Positions 55,570 through 64,000 of a stretch of 64,000 nt of DNA are shown here, one piece after another (position 1 is the stretch's first letter; the number at the start of each line of letters is the position of its first letter). Source of the stretch: an uncultured delta proteobacterium (GTDB lineage: Bacteria; Desulfobacterota; Syntrophobacteria; Syntrophobacterales; Syntrophobacteraceae); contig CAWEHK010000025.1 of the NCBI GenBank assembly GCA_963808625.1, positions 64,001 through 128,000 on the forward strand, written 5' to 3'. Below the pieces are notes generated by a model, which saw only the letters and a program-made list of their open reading frames with translations, ran no database searches and was not told the origin of the DNA. The translations under genes were made by a program, and so were the position numbers.

Positions 55570-58500
55570 TTAGGGGCAGACCAGCGTTTCGTCGCTGTCC
55601 TTCATGCCCCGGAAGCGCCATTCGTTGACAAAGCCGGTCAAGCCTTTGCCATCGCCCTCCAGCTTGCCGCAATCCGAAGGATCATCCATATCCCGATCGG
55701 AGCAGGAAAGATGGAAAGTGGAGACACCGGTGCCGTACGGAACGGTCGTCCCCGCCTTGAAGATCTGCCAGTAAACATCGTTGGGCGACCCGGCGAACCC
55801 GCTTATGGTGACGTTATCGCCTGGATCAATACCGTTCACCGTCGCCAGCTGGGTGCTCCCAATGGCGCCCTTCCAGGCCACGACGTCAACCGCCATGGTC
55901 CCCTCCCATTTCATCGTCAGCGCATCGATAGGCTTCGAGCAGGTCAGGGTGCCGCCGCCGCCCGGCGTTGTTCCCGGATTGAAGGCCACTTCGCAGCCCT
56001 CGGCGAAGGTCACCGTAATGCCGTAGTTACCCGGGGTGGTCTTGGCTTTCTTGGCGAACTCGAAGATCAGTTTTTGATGTTCATGAGCTTTGAGCTGTCG
56101 CTTCTTGATGTCGTTGATAAACGTGGTCACGGTTGCCTCGGTCGGGGGCAGTTCGGTCTTGAAGATCTCGTCGCCCTCCACCTTGATCTTCTTGAGGTTG
56201 CCGTGGCTGCTCGGCCATTTGATGTCAATGCTCTGGATGGTGATCGGGATTGAGCTGTCGTTGGTCAGGACCCACTCGATCTTATTGTCGCCGATCTTGA
56301 TTTTGTTGGCCCCAGCGGCCGTACAGGTTGACCCTGGCCCTGGGTTGACCTTGACTTTCGCACTCGACTGGGCCTGGCAAAGAGCGCCGTTCGCTCTCGT
56401 TCCGGTGGCATAAGCGGTGTTGGTAACCGTCTCGGAGATTTCAGCCAGCATGCTGTGCTGGACAGTCTCTCCCGCTCCCAGGACCGGGATGAAAGCGATC
56501 TCCCCAAGCCAATCGTCGGTAAATGGTGATATTGTCAATGGCCACCGTTGCCGTTATTGGTCAAGATGTATTGGAATTCGACCTCAGCCCCTTCCCGTTT
56601 GCCATTGAATTCCTCCAGCGTGAGACTGCCGTAGACATCCCCAGCCTGGAGCGGCTGCGAGCAGGAGGTGTGAATCTTGTTATTCTCCGATGCCCCACCC
56701 GGGTTGGTCAGGGTAAAATAGGAATCGGTGTTAAAGGTGCTGGCCGATACCGTGAATTCTCCACCCGGACTTACGACGGCAGGTGTAATGGTGTAGCCGG
56801 TGTTGGTCGTCGTCACCGTAACGGGCAGGAGGGGGTCGAGAGGAGGATTGGATGGCGTACAGATCGCCTTACCAAGGGCCTGGGTATTGCTGCTTGCCGC
56901 GCAGCCCCCGCCGGTGTACCTGAAAGTCAGGCTGGTGGGTTTGCCCACCGTTTGACAATTCGGGCGCGGGCCGAGTTCCGCCACGCAGGTATGATTCAAT
57001 GACGGATCATCCGGTGTGCACTTCAGCACCTGGTCGTTAGCTCCTGCCATGCCGTCAAACACCCACTTATTCACATAGCCGGTGAGGGCCTTCCCGTCAC
57101 CGGCAATCTTGCCGCAGTCCTCCGGGCCGTTCATGTCCACATCCGAACAGGACAGGTGAAAGGTTGACTTGCCCGTACCGTAAGGGGTTTCGGTGCCCGC
57201 GTAAAAGACCTGCCAGATCACATCGTTTCCCGAGCCGGCATAGCCCGTGACGATAACCTGGTCACCGGGCTTGATATTGTCCACGTCGGCCAGCAGGGTG
57301 CTGTTGATCGCACCTTTCCATGCCTTGATGTGGACCCTGGTGCCATCCCCAGGCTGCCAGATCATCGACAGGGAGTCGATGGGTTTGGCGTCACTGCACA
57401 CGAATGGCGCGGGTCCCTCGGCCATGGTAGCGCAGGTCTTATCCAATTTCATCCGACAGCCGCTGTCTCCCATGGTCGCTTTATGTTCCGGATGGAAAAA
57501 CAGGGTATTACGCCCATCGGCGCCCTCGATCCGCCAGGTGTACTCACCGGCTGGGATCCCAGAGACGACGACATCCGCATCGGGAGTCGAACCGTCATCG
57601 AGACCGACCTTGAAAACCTCCCACTCCTGGTTGCCCGAGGGGTTGTCGTTAATTGCGGTCCATAGGTCGCCGGGAGCGATGATCGTGTATTTAATAGGGG
57701 GCGGAATTACGAATTGCCAGTATGGACTGTCATCCAAAGGATCGCCGGGATTGACGCCCTGGTTAAGGGTCTGCGGTGAGGTCGGAAAGGGAGGTTGGGG
57801 AGGCGAGTTGGGATCGTTGGTATCATCAGCCCGATCCAGGTCGCCGTCCCAAAAGGTCAATCTCACCGAGGGCTCCATCAGGCGCACCGTCCATTCGAAG
57901 GTCCCGTCGTAGGTGGTCGGTGGAAAGAACTGAGGCCTCGGGTCATTCGGACCATAGGCGACGAAGCCGATGGAGCTTCCTTCCATGATGAAAGCGGAGC
58001 CCTGGAGCGCGACTTTCAAACCGTTCTGTTCATTGACAAGAGTCAGCGGTTGGACCCAGTCGAGCGCCAGGTTGTAGTAGTAAACGTTATCCTCCGCGTT
58101 ATAGGCGCCGGGATCCTGGGGTATCAGCGCCAGCCCGCTCGTGTCACAACTCGAGAAATTGCTGGGGCTGAGAACACACCAGGCGTCATCGGGCATCGTT
58201 CCGCCGTTCCATTGGTATAAACGGTCAGCAGCATTGGAGTTGAGCTTCAACAGCGGGTCGCGGTAAAGGTTGAAAATCACCTGGTCCCCGGTATTGGAGG
58301 TTGGCCAAGCCGCAGTGTTCCCAAAGTCCCACTTACCACTTAGGCTGCCGTCAAAAATCTGCAGCTTGAACGCCGTCAGGGAAGCAGGGACTGCCAATGA
58401 AACACTGAGGACGTTATTTGTGCCACCTACGTCACCGAGGCTGGCAGTACCGCGAACGACATTGAGGAAACGCCCGCTCGTGGGATCCAGGTCAGGCATA

Positions 58501-58667
58501 CCCGTAAGCGGTACGGTGGCACCCGCCGATAGATTAGCCGGCGGGGTGGTAAGGAGTACTGGTGGCTTCGCCGCAACAGGCTGCGCGGTGAGCAGACCGG
58601 ACATCACCGTCGCCAGCAACAGCACCGCGATGCAAAACAATCGAGTAATCAGTCTTCTTGTCTCCAT
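55570..58667 (-). CDS. Large secreted protein with repeated Cys-containing beta domains (indel near 56535)
   Basis: Signal peptide from ATG 58667 (AAGGAG RBS); domain KPID.L.M.W...STFHLSCSD.DM..P.DCGK..GDGK occurs twice; related KPTSLTFRYTG..IHTSCSQP domain. Confidence 0.8.
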
Positions 58668-58881
58668 GGATTTCTCCTTTTTAGATTTAGTTAAATGGTC
58701 CCTCACTTTTGCCCTCTTAATGTTGTGAATTATCGTGGTGTTGAAAGATTGTAGGGGTCAGTTCCTCTTTCTCAAGTTGAAAACAACTTCATTCAGGAAC
58801 CAAAACTTTGGGCGCCGCTGATCCTGTTTACTCATCACCCTGGCGGCCGAGGCAGCTTTAGAGGAGGTCCAGGCGCAAACA

Positions 58882-58920
58882 GAAAAAAAAGCCGGGCCAC
58901 CTCTTCCAGGCAACCCGGCT
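58882..58920 (-). terminator. Intrinsic terminator forming the riboswitch expression platform
   Basis: AGCCGGGUUGCC-UGGAAGA-GGUGGCCCGGCU followed by a U tract. Confidence 0.85.
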
Positions 58921-58985
58921 ATCCTATACCGATAGGACCCGTAGCTTTCCGTCCCCCCCTCACGAAGGGTTTGGCTTTTTCTAGT
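58906..58985 (-). ncRNA. Cyclic di-GMP-I (GEMM) riboswitch aptamer
   Basis: Minus strand reads GCCAAACCCUUC-GUGA-GGGGGGGACGGAAAGCUACGGGUCCUA...UAGGAUAGCCGGGUUGCC, matching the P2 GNRA hairpin, GACGGAAAGC junction and P3. Confidence 0.9.
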
Positions 58986-59113
58986 TTTTAAATTATGGAA
59001 TGTAGCCTAACAAATCCCATCGGCATTGTCAACAGATTTTTCGCGGGAAAAAAGACCGCTCGACCAAAAACAACCATCGCTTCAACAGCCGCCAATGACT
59101 TCGCGATGATCTC

Positions 59114-60831
59114 TCATTGCACCTTATATGCCATAACATTGTTGGTTTCGTTCTTTTCCGAAACCTTGCCGGCATAGTCGGCTTTGACAATGATGTATTT
59201 CCCGATCAGGGACGAGCTGTAGGTAAGCGTCATATCCAGGTACACATCCTGGCCGGCCGCCAGGCGGTGGTGACATTTTGGACCAGCAGGCGCGAACCCA
59301 AGTTTGACGCCGTCGGTCGAATAATAATAGCCTACAGCAAATGCGCCGGCAGCATTGTTGCCGATGTTGCTCACTTTCACCCTTCCGGTAACGGTCTTGC
59401 CGGCGTTGGAAGAGGTCAGGCTTTCCCACGAGGCGGTAAGATCGGCAGCGGGGGGAACAAGGGTCGGCTTCAGGGTGTAAGGTCCCAGACGCACCATTGT
59501 TGCCCTCGACGACAATGTAGTAGGTCCCCGGCGGGGCATTGGGATAGACCGCAACCGTATCGCCAAAGGCCACGCAGTCGTTGCGGTCGCAGGATTTCAG
59601 AATGAGCACATCGAGGTCCCGGCCGGTGATGTTGGTCAAGGTGGCGGTGAGGTCACCCTTGGTCGGTGGTGGTGATCGTGTGCACCTTGTGGGGACCGCT
59701 TAGGTTGCGGGTGGTGCAGGAATAGCTGCTCACGTCGGTGGGACTGCCGAGCGGTGGTGCCGTTGTAGCCTCTCCCCAGGGTAAGCTTGACCGGGGTGGT
59801 GCAAACCAGGTTGGGAAGCGGGGGGTCAACCGGACACGTGGTAAACTCCACAAAATTCGCAGCGTAGCCGACATTGGAGACGCCATAGCGAACCCTCATG
59901 TATCCCGACTCTCCCCACAAGGGTCCCCAACTGTTCTTGACAATCCAATAGCCGTTATCGGTGCCGTTGTCATCAAACCACCCGACCAGCGTTACCGAAT
60001 GATTGACATCGTCGGCGCAGGTATCGCCGAGGTTCATGATCCCGCTCCTGTAGGCCTGGAAATTGGGACCCGCGCAGATACCGACGGCAATCGGGCCGTA
60101 GACATACATGGCTTCTTTGATGTTGGCGGTTGGCGCCACGGCCTCGTAACTGGCGATGTAGGCCCAACGGTCGGCCTTGTAGGCGGTGAGCGTGGGGCAC
60201 GTTGCATGCCACATCGGCGCCCACATAGGGGATGACGGACTCGAGCACCGCACCGGCCTCCGTGTCACCCTTGGCGGAGTCAAACCTGTTTATGTGAAGG
60301 GCATGGAGAAACCATCCTCCGTTGCAGCCATAATAGTATTTGTTGCACGAAATGAGGTGCTGTTCCGAAAGGTCTTCCGTCTTTCCGCAGCGATTGCTGG
60401 CGATGATCTCCAGGGGCATGACGGTTGCAAAGGCCCAGCAGGAGTCGCATGCACCCTGATCTCTTACCGGGGTATTGCCACCCGGCTGCTCCCGCCAGTC
60501 GAAACCCGGGCTGATGGTAGGTCGTAAGGAAGGGGGGGACATCTACAAACTCGCCGGTCTCTCTCCAATCCGGCGGTACAATCAGGCCGGTGATCTCGGA
60601 GAGGCTTTGTTCCATGGCAGGATTGTAGCCTACCTCGAAGGTGGCCCCGAGGGCATCCAGTTCGCTTTGAAGTTCGAGCAGTGCTCCCTGCAGTTCCGGC
60701 CGTTCAGAGAGCAGCGGCTCCTCGTCGGTCGTCTGAGCCGGAAGCGGGGGGCAAAGAATGAGAAGCGTCAGGAACATGAGCAGACCCGAACTCCACGAAC
60801 GTCGTCCAAACCTTTGTTTTATTTTCGCCAT
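59114..60831 (-). CDS. Secreted papain-family (C1A) cysteine peptidase with PPC-like and CARDB-like C-terminal domains (indels)
   Basis: FDWR, PVRDQGACDSCWAF, DLSEQ, VNHSVTLVGW, YWIVKNSWG..WGESGY; VKVSNIG..AG..ETNN. Confidence 0.9.
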
Positions 60832-61999
60832 GAGAAATCCTCCTTTGTTTTTTTGAACAACCAATCGCCCGCATGAGAGAGCGGAATATCTGGTAACGCT
60901 CAACGCGCCACCGGGGCAGAATTCAGAAGCCGAACCTCTGATGCCCTTGTCTGAACGACTCAGACACTCTTGCATTCTAAAGCAACTCTATGGGAGTTTA
61001 AAAGGCACAAGTTTGAAAACAGCTTCACCGAAGAGAGAGATTTGCAAAAGCCGTTCCCGAAGCGGGGATTAATCTGTTTATATTATAAAAGCAAGTATAT
61101 AGAATTAAAAGCACAATCTTTATCTTGCTCAAATGTTCAACCGTGCTCAGGCCAACGATTCATACCAAAGCGATTGATGCTCATTTCATGTTGCCCTTCA
61201 CAAATAAGATTAGCTGTCTATCATGAAATGCAATAGTCATTCCTAAACGCATATTCTCTGTTTAGACAAGTAAGTGCCAGGCCAACGAAAGCAAGGTATA
61301 GATGCTCGAACGGACAATCTTATCTCGCCTTCCGGTATGCCGCCATGTCGGCAACCATTCATGCCAAAGCGATTAAGGCTCATTTGCATAATGCTCCTTC
61401 CGCGCTCCGGACTGCCTCCCCTGTCGGCGACGGCGCCCAGCAGCAGGGGCATGGCCCTGGAAGCCTCAGCCCCGCCCGGTTTTAGTGGTAAGTTTCTTGC
61501 ATAAACCCAAGTCGTGAAAGTTAACATCAAATGTCGATTAATAGGTAATCCGGAACAGAGGCCGGCAGGCTTCGAGAGACAGGTTTTTCCGGGGACCAGG
61601 AACTTGAAATGATTCGGATTTTCTCCGGAGACATCTTCAAGTAACAAGGCAAAGATTTTTTTCGGGGTTTTTGGACTCTCCTCTGGAGGTCTTTGCGGCG
61701 CGGGATAAAGGATGGACAAGAAACTCGCCGCCGGGTAGAAAACTGAGGTCGATTTGCACCCCAAAAAGATGAAAAATCTACCATTCCGTAGAGTTCTTTA
61801 AAGCGGTCGCAAACGATTGAATTTTGGGGATGCTGATGATATAGGTGCAGGAGGTCGGGAGTTCTCAAGGGCCCGCAAAGGGCCCTGCTGAGCGATGGTT
61901 GTTAATGATCGGCCTCTGTTTTTTCAAAAGATTCCATCATGATGCTGAGATTAGAGGAGTCGCCGGAATGATGCCGCAGAAGAAAAGATTTCCATTTAT

Positions 62000-62875
62000 T
62001 TGGCACTGGCAAATTTGGTGTTGATTTTTTTGCTGAGTGCTTTTTCGACATCAGCTTTCTCAGCGGACCTTCCTGAAATCAAGGAAAAGGGCGTTCTGCG
62101 ACACCTGGGTGTCCCCTATGCTAATTTTGTGACGGGGAGCGGGGATGGGCTCGATGTGGAGATGATCAAGCTTTTTGCTCAGCACCTCGGCGTCAAATAT
62201 GAGTTTGTCGATACCACCTGGGATAATTTTGTGGCGGATCTTAGCGGCAAGAAGGTCAAACCCACCGGGGACAATGTGGAAATCCTCGGCCCGGCGCCGG
62301 TCAGGGGGGATATTGCCGCCAATGGCATAACGGTGATTCCGTGGCGGGAGAAGGTGATCGATTTCTCCGTGCCCACCTTTCCCAATCAGGTGTGGCTGGT
62401 TGCCGCGGCCAATTCCCCGCTGAAACCCATCGAGCCCTCCGGTGATCCCGGAAAAGATGTCGCAGCCGTCAAGGCTCAGATCAAGGATGTCAGTGTCATG
62501 GGGGTAAATGACACCTGCCTGGACCCGCGCCTTTATGGTCTGGACAAATCCGGAGCAAAATGCAGCGACTTCGAAGGTTCGGTGAACGAGATCGTTCCCG
62601 CGATCATCAACGGTCGAGCCGATGCCACCCTGCAGGATGTTGCGGATGCCCTCATGTCCGTGGAAAAATGGCCCGGCAAGATTAAAGTGATCGGACCGGT
62701 TTCTCCCATGCAGGACCTGGCTTACGCGTTTTCACGGTCATCGCCGCAACTGCGGGAGGCCTTCAACAAGTTTTTTGAACAGTGCATGAAAGACGGCACC
62801 TACCTGCGCCTGGTGGAAAAGTATTATCCTGCGATTCCGAAATATTACCCCACATTCTTTGAACCGAAGAAATAG
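62000..62875 (+). CDS. Periplasmic substrate-binding domain protein (family 3, amino-acid-binding fold)
   Basis: Signal peptide; DLPEIKEKGVLR, GLDVEMIKLFA..LGVKYEFV, DGTYLRLVEKY. Confidence 0.85.
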   Translation: MALANLVLIFLLSAFSTSAFSADLPEIKEKGVLRHLGVPYANFVTGSGDGLDVEMIKLFAQHLGVKYEFVDTTWDNFVADLSGKKVKPTGDNVEILGPAPVRGDIAANGITVIPWREKVIDFSVPTFPNQVWLVAAANSPLKPIEPSGDPGKDVAAVKAQIKDVSVMGVNDTCLDPRLYGLDKSGAKCSDFEGSVNEIVPAIINGRADATLQDVADALMSVEKWPGKIKVIGPVSPMQDLAYAFSRSSPQLREAFNKFFEQCMKDGTYLRLVEKYYPAIPKYYPTFFEPKK

Positions 62876-63180
62876 CAGGAAGGATTAACCGCAGAACCGT
62901 CAATGAGTTAGACGATTATTGGTTACTAAGAAGTTGAAGGTTGCAGTGGAGACCTCGTCATCGGATAACCGGATAATCGGATTGAATCTCGAATCCCGCT
63001 ACACTGAATGTCCACTGAGCGATTATCCTACGTTGTAACCGTTTAATGCAATTGCGGCATAATGAACAACGAATCTCGATTGAACTGCTAACTTCCTTGT
63101 CTTAGGGCTCTCTTCCCCTTAAAATTCCCTCATTAGCGGTTCCGGACGCCTGGTTTCATTTGGGGGCGTGAGTCCAATCC

Positions 63181-64000
63181 GTGGCCTTAAGGAGTCGGGG
63201 ATATGGCCCAAGCAAATCGCACCACGACCAGACGACGCTCGATGCCTGCCTTGCTGGCGGCGATCCTGCTGACCGCGCTCGATTGCCTTTCTCATCGGCA
63301 AAATCTATGAGTCGGAGGTGGAGTTGCGGGAATTCGCCATGGCCAATTTGCGCCAGGACCTGGCAAACCGCGCCGCCGCATTCAGTTTCCTCTTTTGGAA
63401 CGGAAAAATGATCTCCAGGACCTCACCGAAAGTAAGGCACTCTCCGTTTTTTTCGAGAACAAGGCCCTCGGAATGAGCATGGAATACGGGCTGAAAGCCA
63501 GTCTCCTGGGTATCCACGACGTCTTTCTCCGGCTCCTTAGAGATCGAAAATTCGGGAACACGAAGGCCTACGACCGCATCCTTTTCCTCGATGATTCCGG
63601 CCAGGTGCTGGTCGATAGCTTGACGGGAATCCTCAATCCGGAAGCGGGAGCGAACTGGAACCGGTTTCTTGCTCCGGGGTCCCGGTGAATCGCAGATCAT
63701 CGTGGAATATGATGGAGACGCGCCGGAGGTGATCATTTCCGCGGCCTATTACTTCAAGACCGCGTACGTGGGGCAGATCCTCGCATGGGTCCCGATCCGG
63801 TCCATTTACGACAATCCGCTGATGCAGCACAAGGGTTCCACGACGCGTATCTACTATTTCACTTACAGCCAGGACGATTCCGTGGTTCCCTTTGCAGCGG
63901 AGGAGGCGGCTGGTTTTTTGTCCGCTGATGACATTGCCCGGGTCTCTTTTGACCAGGGCAATGATATCAAGCGGTTTACCATCGCGGGATACCGTGGAGA
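63181..64000 (+). CDS. N-terminal part of a membrane sensor protein (probable histidine kinase), frameshifted, runs off the window
   Basis: Hydrophobic segment, then a periplasmic Cache-like region FFENKALGMSMEYGLKASL..ILFLDDSG.VLVDS. Confidence 0.55.

Noticed and set aside
58906..58985. cGAMP-sensing GEMM-Ib riboswitch
   Set aside because: The discriminating position reads G rather than A by manual alignment, favouring c-di-GMP. Not tested experimentally.

Overview
GC-rich bacterial DNA, probably a Desulfobacterota (Syntrophobacterales-like) organism; this is an impression from protein sequences, not a search result. The assembly has many single-base indels that split even essential genes (prfA, prmC, murA), so most split ORFs are read here as single genes. 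1-20 kb is housekeeping: TPR protein, gatB, mtnA, radA, trxA, bamD, rho, rpmE-prfA-prmC-murA, comEC, galE. 20-64 kb is accessory. It holds a REP-associated tyrosine transposase with its REPs, several PIN-type toxin-antitoxin modules and relics, and a secreted SBBP beta-propeller protein. The main finding is a SynChlorMet-type RiPP cassette (25.6-31.2 kb): two PqqD/RRE proteins, two radical SAM/SPASM enzymes, a candidate 79-aa precursor (YEPP leader, four CxxG-type repeats), and a ScmC kinase-like protein apparently fused to an S26-type peptidase. Next comes a ~14.2 kb gene for a giant secreted adhesin ending in a C25 gingipain-like peptidase, then secreted M14 and C1A peptidases. A c-di-GMP-I riboswitch with an overlapping terminator (predicted ON switch) precedes a secreted Cys-repeat protein. 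Intergenic DNA is dense with REP/MITE families and polarised heptamer arrays. No rRNA, tRNA or CRISPR array was seen.
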